Part shown: positions 31,148 to 41,383 of the stretch, piece by piece
Layout: every line of letters begins with the position of its first letter
Numbering within the stretch: the first letter of the stretch is position 1
Assembly (NCBI GenBank): GCA_965263355.1
Contig: CBDHHL010000056.1
Location: forward strand, 2,272,001-2,336,000
From: Leptolyngbyaceae cyanobacterium
GTDB lineage: Bacteria; Cyanobacteriota; Cyanobacteriia; Phormidesmidales; Phormidesmidaceae
Reading direction: 5' to 3'
DNA: 64,000 nt
Notes under the pieces: model-generated
Seen by the model: only the letters and a program-made list of their open reading frames with translations
Told to the model about the DNA's origin: nothing
The model's database searches: none
Made by a program: the position numbers and the translations under genes

Positions 31148-31945
31148 TTAAGAATAATTAAGGAAATGGTCGAGACCGGTTACGAGCGAAGGAGGCCAGC
31201 GTCGTACAGTCTTCACCCAATTAAGATCAGCATAGCGTCGGTCAAGTCCTCGGGCAGCCACCCACTGACTTTCCGCTTCACCCCGGTTGCCTGTCTCCCA
31301 TAAAGCAACCGTTAAGGCAGCACGTACGTCTGCATAATTCGGATATTTACGGGCCAAACTTTTGAGCACTTGAACCGACTTCGCACGTTCACCAACTTCA
31401 AACAGTGCAACACCATAGTTGGCATATCCTAAAGAAAAACTCGGCTGCATAATGATCGCTTGCTCATAATCTTTGAGAGCAGCTTGCCAATCACCCTGAC
31501 CACCTTTAGCATTACCTCGGTTGTTGTAGGCAGCTGGATCATCAGGTGACAAATTCAAGACACGATTATAGTTATCAATCGCTTTCTGCCAATTGCCCAA
31601 AGCTTCGTAGGCAGCACCACGATTGAGATATGGCTCAGGCTGCAATGGATCTAATTCAATGGCTCGGTCATAGTCATGTATTGCATCTTGAACTTTGTTT
31701 TGCCCCACCCGCACATTGCCTCGATTACTCCACACAGCAGGCTCATCAGGTAATGCATCAATTAGCTGAGTCCATACTATTTCGGCTAAGTCAAATTTTC
31801 CGCTACGGGTAAGTTCAAATGCTTGTCTACGTAGCTCATTAATATTGGATTGCTTTATCGCCGGAGTTCCTGCCAAAGCTGGTGATGGCAATATGAATAT
31901 GACTCCCACCAAGAGTACAAAGGCAACTACAAGTAACCGGCGCAT
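31148..31945 (-). CDS. TPR-repeat protein with signal peptide
   Basis: Repeated (W/Y)xNRG...AIxDY TPR motifs. Start MRRLLVV at 31945 avoids overlap with tilS. Confidence 0.82.
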   Translation of the reverse strand: MRRLLVVAFVLLVGVIFILPSPALAGTPAIKQSNINELRRQAFELTRSGKFDLAEIVWTQLIDALPDEPAVWSNRGNVRVGQNKVQDAIHDYDRAIELDPLQPEPYLNRGAAYEALGNWQKAIDNYNRVLNLSPDDPAAYNNRGNAKGGQGDWQAALKDYEQAIIMQPSFSLGYANYGVALFEVGERAKSVQVLKSLARKYPNYADVRAALTVALWETGNRGEAESQWVAARGLDRRYADLNWVKTVRRWPPSLVTGLDHFLNYS

Positions 31946-32036
31946 AGCATTCAAAGACGTCTTCCTATATAGCTTAGGGTGAATTGATAGTCCTAGCCAT
32001 GCAAAGACCTTCGTTAATGGCGCAAGTCGTGCGTGC

Positions 32037-33044
32037 CTATTGCAATTTGATCCAGCCATGCTCAACCCAAGCAAGCCGTCCCCCTGGCAACGGATCGGTT
32101 TGTGTTCGGTTGGGAGCATGGGCCAACGCCACCAGTTTCTCGATATGCTCAAAGTTGGGCTGCTGAGGTAAAGCAGCTTGTAGCAAACGGCGAATCACAC
32201 GTCGCTGAAGGGCTAATGGAGCATTTGCAAACCGTGAGCGCTGAATCTGCCACCCCTGTTCCTTAACTTCAATCACCTCGGCATAGAGTTGATCGACTTG
32301 GGCTTCTAAATAGACAACTTCGGCGGTAAAGATTTCAGCCGTTTGAGCGAGCGTAGTTTCAACATTTGGGTTGAAGTGCGATCGCAAATAAGGCATCAGT
32401 TCCTGACGAATGCGGTTACGGCGATAGTATAGGCTGTCGTTAGAGCTATCTTGCCAAACAGGGAGTGCTAACGCCTGACAAAACGTCCCTGTGTCTTGCC
32501 GTGTCAATTTCAGCAGGGGTCGAGTCACCCAAATCTTCGCAGGCTCATGCCTTAAGGGTCGTTGCCAGCTTAAGGCTTGGACACCATCGGCCCCACTACC
32601 ACGCAACAAATTATAGAGCACTGTCTCCGCTCGGTCAGTGGCCGTATGGCCAGTCACCACATGATGATAGTCATTGTTACTGGCCAGGGTTGCAAATACT
32701 CCATAGCGCCAATCCCGAGCTGCTGCCTCCGTCTTGGGTAACCCCTGAGCTGTTTCTACAAAACAAGGAATATTCCATTGCTGCGCTAGCCGCGACACAT
32801 GGGCAGCATTCTCAGCAGAATCAGAGCGCCAGCCGTGGTCACAGTGAACCATGGCCAAATGCCAATCCCATTTTGATCGCAGATCTAATAGCAGTTTGGC
32901 CAAACATAAAGAATCCTGCCCCCCAGACACAGCCATCAAAATAGATGAGCCTTTAGGAAGCAGGATATTTGTTTTTAGCAAGGTATGAATCCTAGCGTGA
33001 ATATGGGTCCAAGGCATGGGCAATGAGCAGTGAATAATAGCCAA
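32037..33044 (-). CDS. tilS: tRNA(Ile)-lysidine synthetase
   Basis: AVSGGQDS, HCDHGWR, EAAARDWRY, GHTATDRAET, RNRIR. Confidence 0.92.
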   Translation of the reverse strand: MAIIHCSLPMPWTHIHARIHTLLKTNILLPKGSSILMAVSGGQDSLCLAKLLLDLRSKWDWHLAMVHCDHGWRSDSAENAAHVSRLAQQWNIPCFVETAQGLPKTEAAARDWRYGVFATLASNNDYHHVVTGHTATDRAETVLYNLLRGSGADGVQALSWQRPLRHEPAKIWVTRPLLKLTRQDTGTFCQALALPVWQDSSNDSLYYRRNRIRQELMPYLRSHFNPNVETTLAQTAEIFTAEVVYLEAQVDQLYAEVIEVKEQGWQIQRSRFANAPLALQRRVIRRLLQAALPQQPNFEHIEKLVALAHAPNRTQTDPLPGGRLAWVEHGWIKLQ

Positions 33045-33078
33045 CCAAGAAACTCAATTTCCTACCCTGGACACCGCG

Positions 33079-35280
33079 CTAACCATCCAAGTCAGTTAGT
33101 TTATCGGCAACATCAGAAGCCTTATTGATACCTCGCTGACCAAGCTGACCAGCTTGGTCCTTAAGATTGCCAGCTTGTTGCTTAGCCTGATTAGCCATGT
33201 CGCTGGTCTTATCAGTGACAGAATCAGCAGTATTATTGACGTTATTGCGTACACGCTGCCAAAGAGACCTAGGCGCAGAAGTACTACCTTTTATAGCATT
33301 ACCAGCATCATCAGCCATCCCGCCAAGCTTACCAGTAACGGCATTGGCTCCACTTTGGACTGCATTACTAGCACTACCTAAACCACCTTTGAGGCCGCTG
33401 CCCCCCTGCTGAGCAGCTCCCTTAACAGTACCAAGACCGTCTTTAGCCGCGTCACCGACATTACCAAGACCATCTTTCACAGTGCCAAGACCGCCCCTAG
33501 CCGCATCACCGACATTACCAAGACCATCTTTCACAGTGCCAAGACCGCCCCTAGCCGCATCACCGACATTACCAAGGCCATCTTTCACAGTACCAAGACC
33601 GCCCCTAGCCGCATCACCGACATTACCAAGACCACCTTTCACAGTACCAAGACCGCCTTTAGCCGCATCACCGACATTACCAAGACCACCTTTCACAGTA
33701 CCAAGACCGCCCCTAGCCGCATCACCGACATTACCAAGACCACCTTTCACAGTGCCAAGACCGCCCCTAGCCGCATCGCTAACATTATCAAGGCCACCTT
33801 TAGCCGCATCACCTGTTTTTTTAGCAGCAGACCAGGCAGCACTACCACCAGCAGCAGTTCCTGCTGCGATACCAGCACCGGCTGCTTTCCCAACACCTGA
33901 CACACCACTAGCAACATTAGGCCCTTGAGCAGTGGCATAGGTTGCATCTTTGTCCTTACGACGAGCACCCCAGGCAACTAACCCCAAACAAGCTGCAGGA
34001 ACAATCAGCAGCCACCAGAGATTGGCACGGCTGATAGAAGACTGGGGACTAACGTCTCTCCCCTCTTGATTCGTTGCTGCTGCAACGTTACTAGCCGCAT
34101 CGCTTGCGGCGTCGGCAGCACCCTCGACCACATTACCGGCAGCGTCGGCAGCACCCTCGACCACATTACCGGCAGCGTCGGCAGCACCCTCGACTACATT
34201 ACCGGCAGCGTCGGCAGCACCTTCAACTACATTACCCGCAGCATCCGTTGCACCCTCGACTACATTACCTGCAACATCAACAGCACCTTCAACCACATTA
34301 CCGGCAGCATCCGTTGCACCCTCGACCACATTACCTGCAGCATCGGCAGCACCCTCGACTACATTACCCGCAGCATCGGCAGCACTCTGAACCGTATTAC
34401 TAGCGGCACTAACCACACCATCCAAGGGATTAGCAGCCTTCAACGCAGACTGCCCAGGCTCACCAGCGGCATAGCCTAAAAAGGCTGCTACGGCGGGAGA
34501 AGGCTCTCCTTTGTAGACAAAAGAAAAGGGCTGAGAGAAGGGATAACGAGGATCAGTAGGCAACGTTTTGTGCATCGACAAGATACGCACACCGGCCAGA
34601 TCCTCAACTTCACTAATCAGGCCATAGCTAATGCCATCGGCCCCTAATTCCTTGGCGATATCCTTAGTGCTATCGGTATTCAACTGTGAGGCACTACTCC
34701 CTGTAGCAAATTCAGCCGCCTGGAAAACAGGATAGGGTGCCAACGCCAGACGTGTATCACTAGTATCAGGGCGGTCTACCAGACGAATCGCTCCGCTAGG
34801 GCCCCCAACTTCCGACCAGTCAGTAATCTCACCCCGGAAAATCTTGGCAAATTGCTCGGTGGTTAAGCTCTTACTAAACGGATTATCCTCACCCACAATC
34901 ATCGCAATCTTAATGCGATTAACATCTACAGCAGACAGGCCCTGAGCCCGCTCATTTTCAGTTAGAGGCCGACTGATGGCAGCCAAGTCAGCATCACCAT
35001 TGATTAAAGCCTGAATAGCCTGATTCGCACCCACAGCATCCACATTCACTGCAGCACCATCAAACTTACCTTCAAAGTCGGCTTTAAGCGCATCACTGAT
35101 TAGAGTCATGGCATCGGAGCCACTACTGACTTGGAGACTCGTATCGCTAGGCACAGAGGTAGGCACTTCAAAGGCAGCGGGCAATGCCATCGTGGGACGA
35201 AAGAATGGCTGGCTAGGTACAATTACCGTCAGCAAAGCAACCGTAGCAGCCAAAGACAAAGTAGAGCAGGACTTAAGCAT
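33079..35280 (-). CDS. PstS/PBP-like substrate-binding protein with two internal repeat tracts and a central TM helix
   Basis: DLAAISRPL, IFRGEITDWSEVGG, DRPDTSDTR; 11-aa repeats; LWWLLIVP TM segment; 18-aa repeats. Confidence 0.7.
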   Translation of the reverse strand: MLKSCSTLSLAATVALLTVIVPSQPFFRPTMALPAAFEVPTSVPSDTSLQVSSGSDAMTLISDALKADFEGKFDGAAVNVDAVGANQAIQALINGDADLAAISRPLTENERAQGLSAVDVNRIKIAMIVGEDNPFSKSLTTEQFAKIFRGEITDWSEVGGPSGAIRLVDRPDTSDTRLALAPYPVFQAAEFATGSSASQLNTDSTKDIAKELGADGISYGLISEVEDLAGVRILSMHKTLPTDPRYPFSQPFSFVYKGEPSPAVAAFLGYAAGEPGQSALKAANPLDGVVSAASNTVQSAADAAGNVVEGAADAAGNVVEGATDAAGNVVEGAVDVAGNVVEGATDAAGNVVEGAADAAGNVVEGAADAAGNVVEGAADAAGNVVEGAADAASDAASNVAAATNQEGRDVSPQSSISRANLWWLLIVPAACLGLVAWGARRKDKDATYATAQGPNVASGVSGVGKAAGAGIAAGTAAGGSAAWSAAKKTGDAAKGGLDNVSDAARGGLGTVKGGLGNVGDAARGGLGTVKGGLGNVGDAAKGGLGTVKGGLGNVGDAARGGLGTVKDGLGNVGDAARGGLGTVKDGLGNVGDAARGGLGTVKDGLGNVGDAAKDGLGTVKGAAQQGGSGLKGGLGSASNAVQSGANAVTGKLGGMADDAGNAIKGSTSAPRSLWQRVRNNVNNTADSVTDKTSDMANQAKQQAGNLKDQAGQLGQRGINKASDVADKLTDLDG
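33430..33810 (-). repeat. 54-bp coding tandem repeat (GGLGTVKxGLGNVGDAAR), about 6-7 copies
   Basis: Visible in both DNA and translation. Confidence 0.85.
34100..34390 (-). repeat. 33-bp coding tandem repeat (AADAAGNVVEG), about 8-9 copies
   Basis: Unit gcagcaccctcgaccacattaccggcagcgtcg. Confidence 0.85.
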
Positions 35281-35795
35281 ATTTAAAACCTCGTATCAAC
35301 AAAAGCCAATTCACTAGAAGCTAAACAGAATGTGTGTAAGAGCCTGACAAGCACGGCCTCAGAATTGAACGGTAATTTTACCGTTGCAGAAAAAGACAAA
35401 TCAACATGCTACGTTCGGAAAATCAAACAAATATCTAGTTAACTTGAGGCTTCAACTAGACATTTCGGATTTTTGCTTGAATACAGAGCGTATAAAGCTA
35501 TAAATCAACTAAATCAAGACTTAAGAATGTGTGCTTGGACAGATGTATCAAATTTAACAATAGGGCTGATTCAATGGTTCAATTCAGAACTTCAGTATTT
35601 TTTCGGGTTAAATACTGAAAAGTTCGTGTAAACGTCGCATGGGGATTAAGACATTTGTATTAAGCCACCTGGCCATGGCCGCTTATGACTCGTTAGCACC
35701 AACGGTGTTAAAACCTGGACCAAACCCCGGATGATAGTTACAATATGCGCTGATTCACGAGAGGGTAAACCTGTAGTGGTCTATGCTCCTCGTTG

Positions 35796-35868
35796 ACCTT
35801 GTGCACATCCAAGTTGCCGCATAGAAGTTCCTCTACGGTAAAGCTACAGTTCTGGACGTGGACAAGGT
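35796..35868. mobile_element. Short MITE-like element with terminal inverted repeats, copy 1
   Basis: accttgtgcacatccaa ... ctggacgtggacaaggt; right half matches 52725-52764. Confidence 0.5.
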
Positions 35869-35871
35869 GTA

Positions 35872-36921
35872 TTGCATGATCAATGTTTTTTACCTGTAGC
35901 TAGGAGCATCCTAGAGACCCTCTTAGCCAACTTCAACATGGATAATGGCGCAGCCAACAAAACACCCAAGCACGAAGGTTTCGATAGCCAGCTAAATCCA
36001 GGCGAATCGAACGTTGAACAGCTCAATGCTGAAAACACATCCCCCCAGGATAGTCGTTCGGCGTTGGCTGCCCGCTTAAGGACCTCGAAAAATGTAGAAC
36101 TCTACGTTTATGAAGCAGAAACTAACGAGACTATTGAAGCCTTAACCGATGTATCCTCCCTTGACTTGGAGGTGGGAGAACCACAAGACGATATTTCTAA
36201 ACAGCAGATTACGTTCAAGAGTGAGCAAGGCAGACTACTATTGTTGCTGCCGACCGCTGCTGAAAAAAGTTTTACTCCCGTGGAATGGGAAGAGTTATGT
36301 CAACAGCTCAAGCGTCGTCTCATTGCTGAAGACAGATTTTTTCAAACTGATACGATCGTTCATCTAATTGTTCGGGATCGATTGCTCGATAATCGTCAGC
36401 TACAAGAAGTGGACGAGTTACTTCAGATGGCTCAGCTACGCCTGAAGCGAATTTATACCCAGCGTCGACAAACAGCCGTCGCTGCTGCAACAGCAGGCTA
36501 TTCGGTAGAGCAACAAACCAAATTAGAGCATCTAAATAATGACGATCGAGCACAAGGACAGGCGTTAGAAACGCCCATGTACTTGCAAATGACCGTACGC
36601 TCTGGTGTTGAGATTCGTCATCCGGGCACGATCGTCGTTCTTGGTGATGTGAACCCAGGGGGGGCGCTGATCGCGGCTGGGGATATTTTTGTGTGGGGGC
36701 GACTTCGGGGTGTGGCTCACGCAGGCTCAGAGGGCAATACAGCCTGTCGCATCATGGCATTACACATGCAACCTACTCAGCTCCGTATTGCTGACCATGT
36801 AGCTCGAGCACCCGAAAAACCACCGGCTTTATATCAACCAGAAGTTGCTTATGTAAACAAAGATAGTATTCGGATTGCGATCGCATCCGAATTTGCCCAG
36901 ATTCACCTCAACTCCCCTTGA
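35872..36921 (+). CDS. minC: Septum site-determining protein MinC; start uncertain
   Basis: TVRSGVEI, GDVNPGG, VWGRLRGVAHAG, QLRIAD; upstream of minD. Confidence 0.9.
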   Translation: MHDQCFLPVARSILETLLANFNMDNGAANKTPKHEGFDSQLNPGESNVEQLNAENTSPQDSRSALAARLRTSKNVELYVYEAETNETIEALTDVSSLDLEVGEPQDDISKQQITFKSEQGRLLLLLPTAAEKSFTPVEWEELCQQLKRRLIAEDRFFQTDTIVHLIVRDRLLDNRQLQEVDELLQMAQLRLKRIYTQRRQTAVAAATAGYSVEQQTKLEHLNNDDRAQGQALETPMYLQMTVRSGVEIRHPGTIVVLGDVNPGGALIAAGDIFVWGRLRGVAHAGSEGNTACRIMALHMQPTQLRIADHVARAPEKPPALYQPEVAYVNKDSIRIAIASEFAQIHLNSP

Positions 36922-37073
36922 ACTAAGGTTTCAATACGGGCTCAAGTCGTTCAATTCAACAAGGCGCAAAAATTCCTTTGAGAATTTCCCATAAAATTTG
37001 CCACAACGTGCGATTATTGCCCTACTTAAGCCCTACCTACCGCGAACACCGTCCTCAATCGCCCATTTAATCC

Positions 37074-37874
37074 ATGGCTATGAATCGTATTATTGTCATT
37101 ACCTCCGGCAAGGGAGGCGTTGGGAAAACCACCTGTACCGCCAACTTGGGAATGGCCCTAGCCAAGTCAGGGAAACGCGTCGTAGTGATTGACGCTGACT
37201 TTGGATTACGCAACTTAGATTTGCTCCTAGGTCTGGAAAATCGCATCGTCTATACAGCCCTAGATGTATTGGCAGGTGAGTGTCGTCTCGATCAAGCCCT
37301 GGTCAAGGATAAACGTCAGCCTAATTTAGCCCTGCTGCCTGCAGCTCAAAATCGCTCTAAGGAGTCAATTACCCCAGAGCAGATGAAAAAACTGGTACGA
37401 GCCCTGACCAAAGCTTATAACTTTGTATTAATCGATAGTCCTGCTGGAATTGAGATGGGTTTTCGCAATGCGATCTCAGCGGCGCGGGAGGCCATTATTG
37501 TCACCACACCGGAAATTTCTGCCGTCCGTGATGCTGACCGTGTAATTGGTCTGCTGGAAGCCAATGACATCAAGGCCATGCGACTGATTATCAATCGCCT
37601 CAAGCCCTCCATGGTAGAAGCTGAACAAATGATGTCGGTCAAAGACGTGCAAGATATTTTAGCGGTACCGCTCCTGGGCGTTATTCCTGATGATGAGCAG
37701 GTAGTGGTTTCTACCAACAATGGTGAGCCTCTAATTCTAGACAAAGAACTCTCTCTAGCGGGGACTGCCGTCTCCAACATCTCTCGTCGGCTACAAGGCG
37801 AAAAAGTCCCATTAATGGATTTGAGCGTACCAAAAGATAGCTTCTTTAAGAAACTACGCCAGCTATTTAACTAA
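37074..37874 (+). CDS. minD: Septum site-determining ATPase MinD
   Basis: SGKGGVGKTT, DFGLRNLD, C-terminal amphipathic helix. Confidence 0.96.
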   Translation: MAMNRIIVITSGKGGVGKTTCTANLGMALAKSGKRVVVIDADFGLRNLDLLLGLENRIVYTALDVLAGECRLDQALVKDKRQPNLALLPAAQNRSKESITPEQMKKLVRALTKAYNFVLIDSPAGIEMGFRNAISAAREAIIVTTPEISAVRDADRVIGLLEANDIKAMRLIINRLKPSMVEAEQMMSVKDVQDILAVPLLGVIPDDEQVVVSTNNGEPLILDKELSLAGTAVSNISRRLQGEKVPLMDLSVPKDSFFKKLRQLFN

Positions 37875-37941
37875 CCTTTTAACCCCAACGGTCGATGGGT
37901 GGCGACCGTTGCTTATGCCCTTCGCCTTATCGGAAACGACT

Positions 37942-38331
37942 ATGATTAGCGACTTCCTCGAACGACTTTTTGGCTCCCGTGAACCGGTTAGCCGTGACAC
38001 AGCTAAGCAGCGACTAAGATTTGTTTTGGCCCATGATCGGTCTGACATCTCACCCCAAAACTTAGAAAAGCTGCGCCAAGAAATCTTGGAGGTGGTATCT
38101 CGCTATGTCGAACTTGACTTTGATAAGCTTGAATTTGCCCTCGAATCGGACCAACGTGTGACAGCCTTAATGGCCAATTTACCCATTCGACGTGTACGCT
38201 CTAATCCACTAGAGCCTGATAGTCCGGTAGAGACCATCAATCAACCTAACCTTGCACTGGAAGATACGGGTATCGATTTAGAGGAGGCCGTTGAAGAAGT
38301 CTCTGAAACGGCAGATATTCCTCTAGATTAG
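37942..38331 (+). CDS. minE: Cell division topological specificity factor MinE
   Basis: AKQRLRFVLAHDR, ANLPIRR; acidic C-terminal extension. Confidence 0.92.
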   Translation: MISDFLERLFGSREPVSRDTAKQRLRFVLAHDRSDISPQNLEKLRQEILEVVSRYVELDFDKLEFALESDQRVTALMANLPIRRVRSNPLEPDSPVETINQPNLALEDTGIDLEEAVEEVSETADIPLD

Positions 38332-38334
38332 TAT

Positions 38335-38817
38335 TTACCGCCATTGTCGGTTGTATTCGTAGATTGCGATCGCCCCTGCCGTTTGCACATTGAGAGATTC
38401 CACTTGGCCATATTGGGGAATCGTCAAGAGCACATCACATTGAGTCTCAATATCGCTAGGGATACCAGTTAATTCTCTACCCAATACCAATAATGTCTTG
38501 GCTGCAAAGGAATACCCAACAAGGGACCGTGCTTGGCAATTAGCTGTTAGGGCGACGCGGGTATAGCTCAGTTTCTGAGTCAACCAAGCTTTTAGTCGCC
38601 AGGGGGGACAATAGTCGACTGCTTGCCATTGTTGGGCTGAAGCTGAGATTTTACGAAACTCCCAGGAATTATCCGACTCAGGCAAAATTAAGCGATTAAC
38701 TCCTAACACTTCACAGGTACGACACAAAGCTGCCTGATTAGTAATTTTTTCCACTAATGAGGCACAGACTACCAGGGAGGGCGCGCCATCTTTAGTCTCC
38801 GGGCACAAGCTCCACAT
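38335..38817 (-). CDS. TrmH/SpoU-family RNA methyltransferase
   Basis: LVLGRELTGI, IPQYGQVESLNV. Confidence 0.8.
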   Translation of the reverse strand: MWSLCPETKDGAPSLVVCASLVEKITNQAALCRTCEVLGVNRLILPESDNSWEFRKISASAQQWQAVDYCPPWRLKAWLTQKLSYTRVALTANCQARSLVGYSFAAKTLLVLGRELTGIPSDIETQCDVLLTIPQYGQVESLNVQTAGAIAIYEYNRQWR

Positions 38818-39397
38818 TTAATTCATTCACCGGACGACGACGCAACACTGCCGACTCCTCGCGAGGCAACAGACCAAAGACTTCTCGAAAGACATCGTCT
38901 ACTGCTTCATAGCTAACAGCCCCCATTTGATCAAACCGAACATTGCCGTTGCTATCAAGCACTAACGTCTGCGGCACAGATCCTTTGAAATAGTAGCCCG
39001 GTTCACTGGGGGTAAAGGAATCCTTTAAGGGAATAGCGTCAGCCATCACTGGCACAAAGTTAGCAACTCTGCCATAGGGTGCCTGCAGTTGGGAAATAAC
39101 AAACGAATATTCTTTGCAATCTCGACTGTCATCCACATAGAAAAACAATAGGGTTGGTTTTGCTTGCCTTAGAGACTGGGCCAGATTAACTCGGGGCGGC
39201 ACAATCGCACCATTCCCTGCATAGAGGGCAAAAATATTGCCATCGTAGCTATCATCGTGGAGACTCGCCCAAGCGTGGCCAGGAAAGCAGAGTGTGGGGA
39301 TGAGGAATGTGGCGATCGCAACTCCAGTCACTAACCAACGCCGTATCGACAGACAATCAACCCATCTTTTCAAGCGCTCAATTGCAAAACTGCCCAT
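38792..39397 (-). CDS. Thylakoid membrane PSI accumulation factor-like thioredoxin-fold protein
   Basis: DDSYDGNIFALYAGNG, FYVDDSRDCK, VPQT. Confidence 0.7.
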   Translation of the reverse strand: MGSFAIERLKRWVDCLSIRRWLVTGVAIATFLIPTLCFPGHAWASLHDDSYDGNIFALYAGNGAIVPPRVNLAQSLRQAKPTLLFFYVDDSRDCKEYSFVISQLQAPYGRVANFVPVMADAIPLKDSFTPSEPGYYFKGSVPQTLVLDSNGNVRFDQMGAVSYEAVDDVFREVFGLLPREESAVLRRRPVNELNVELVPGD

Positions 39398-39465
39398 AAA
39401 ATCCCGACTCTTAGAGTTACACCACTACCATTACGCCATAGAACGGGCTCTCCCTATAGATATTC

Positions 39466-40074
39466 TTAGCTTCCTCGAAAGCTCTCAATCACACCCTGTA
39501 ATTCAGCTTTAGCAGTTGCATACTCTTCAGCCGTAGTCCATGCAACTACTTGGTAGTAATTAGTCTTACCCTCAACCGTGGTGTGCAAATAAACAATCGG
39601 CAAATTATCGACCCTGCCTCGTACTTCATACTGCATAACCTTCAGACCATTGAGCGAGGTCATCGTAGTAGCTGTTTCAGTTTGCTCCTGAGTCAGCCCC
39701 CTATCCAAAAAACTCAAATACTGAACTGCATTGTTTCCCAAACTAAAAGCACCCACTTCAGACGTCTTTGGATCGGCGAGCACCAGTACATACATTGTCC
39801 TATCTTCGTGGGCGACATACAAATCTGCATCGGGACGTAGGGTCTGCACATCGACCCACCCTGCAGGTAGAGTCAGCTGCACATCGCTCTCTTCATTCGT
39901 CAATAGTTGTCGACCATTAGACAAATTTTGAACCGTGATGGCATTGATCACATCTTTAGTACGTTCACCCACTCGGTTACAGCTGGTTGCACCCAGTAAA
40001 CAACCAGCGGCAACCGCAATGAGTGCAGATCGTCGTAATAGGCCTGCAGTTGGTTGCTTAAACTTAAAATCCAT
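39466..40074 (-). CDS. Hypothetical lipoprotein
   Basis: Lipobox-like ATSC, 202-aa ORF. Confidence 0.6.
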   Translation of the reverse strand: MDFKFKQPTAGLLRRSALIAVAAGCLLGATSCNRVGERTKDVINAITVQNLSNGRQLLTNEESDVQLTLPAGWVDVQTLRPDADLYVAHEDRTMYVLVLADPKTSEVGAFSLGNNAVQYLSFLDRGLTQEQTETATTMTSLNGLKVMQYEVRGRVDNLPIVYLHTTVEGKTNYYQVVAWTTAEEYATAKAELQGVIESFRGS

Positions 40075-40285
40075 GATTATCCGCTTGACTCAAAACACCA
40101 GATACCAGTTAGCCAAAAGCATAGACCACATCTACGTACAAATTGCAAACTTTGACCATAAATTTGACCATGAAAACCATCAACCATTGTTCTACGTGGA
40201 ATTAAATTACGGCTTTCCCAGGCATTAAGGTTAGCGCTTTGACCTATGCTGGACTATGGAAATTTCTTCATAAAAATTAGAGACC

Positions 40286-41377
40286 ATGCTTAGAGCTGGA
40301 ATCGTCGGGCTCCCCAATGTAGGCAAATCAACCCTTTTCAATGCATTAGTCGAAAACGCCAAAGCCCAAGCAGCGAACTTCCCGTTCTGCACCATTGAAC
40401 CAAACGTCGGTGTCGTTGCCGTACCCGACGTTCGGTTGACCGTTCTGACGGAAATTTCCCAATCTGAAAATACAGTTCCGGCCCGCATTGAGTTTGTCGA
40501 CATCGCAGGTTTGGTCAAAGGGGCTAGCAAAGGGGAAGGCCTCGGCAATCAGTTTTTAGCGAATATTCGCGAAGTGGATGCCATTGTCCATGTTGTTCGT
40601 TGTTTTGAAAACGATGACATTATCCACGTGGATGGCTCCATTGACCCATTGAGGGACGCTGAAATTATTAACCTGGAATTGGCCTTGGCCGATCTCGAGC
40701 AAATCGAACGCCGCATGGATCGGGTACGTAAACAAGCACGCAAAGATCCTGACGCCCAAGCAGAACTAGCTGTCTTAGAGAAAATTCAACCCTTATTAGC
40801 GGATGGTAAATCAGCCCGCACTGTCCAACTCGAAGACGAGGAGGAATTACTGATCAAGTCCCTGGGGTTCCTCACCCGCAAACCCATTATCTATGCCGCC
40901 AATGTATCCGAAGATGAACTGGCTGATGGCAACGCCTGGGTTGAGCAAGTCAAAACCCTAGCAGCCCAAGAAAACGCCCAAGTAGTGACGATTTCGGCCC
41001 AGGTCGAGGCAGAACTGCTAGAACTCCCGGAAGACGAAAGGACCGATTTTCTAGAAGCTCTGGGGGTGACCGAAGGGGGCCTTAAATCCCTAATTCGGGC
41101 GACGTATGATCTGCTGGGATTGCGCACCTATTTCACCACTGGCCCCAAAGAAACCCGGGCCTGGACTATTACTGCAGGCATGTCTGCTCCCCAGGCAGCA
41201 GGGGTTATTCATACTGACTTTGAGCGGGGCTTTATCCGGGCTGAAACCATTGCCTATCAGGACTTAGTCGATCACGGTTCGATGAACGCCGCAAAAGAAA
41301 AGGGGTTACTTCGGAGTGAAGGCAAAGAATATACCGTTCAAGAGGGCGATGTCATGCTCTTTAGATTTAATGTTTAG
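40286..41377 (+). CDS. ychF: Redox-regulated ATPase YchF
   Basis: GLPNVGKST, NFPFCTIEPN, DIAGLVKGAS, TGS domain. Confidence 0.96.
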   Translation: MLRAGIVGLPNVGKSTLFNALVENAKAQAANFPFCTIEPNVGVVAVPDVRLTVLTEISQSENTVPARIEFVDIAGLVKGASKGEGLGNQFLANIREVDAIVHVVRCFENDDIIHVDGSIDPLRDAEIINLELALADLEQIERRMDRVRKQARKDPDAQAELAVLEKIQPLLADGKSARTVQLEDEEELLIKSLGFLTRKPIIYAANVSEDELADGNAWVEQVKTLAAQENAQVVTISAQVEAELLELPEDERTDFLEALGVTEGGLKSLIRATYDLLGLRTYFTTGPKETRAWTITAGMSAPQAAGVIHTDFERGFIRAETIAYQDLVDHGSMNAAKEKGLLRSEGKEYTVQEGDVMLFRFNV

Positions 41378-41383
41378 TCAACG

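Noticed and set aside
31946..32152. N-terminal extension of the TPR ORF overlapping tilS
   Set aside because: A signal-peptide start at 31945 is more plausible, so there is no real gene overlap
33482..34479. Pro-rich and His/Arg-rich repeat ORFs on the plus strand (33482-33928, 34066-34479, 34104-34403)
   Set aside because: Antisense shadows of the coding repeats in the PstS-like gene
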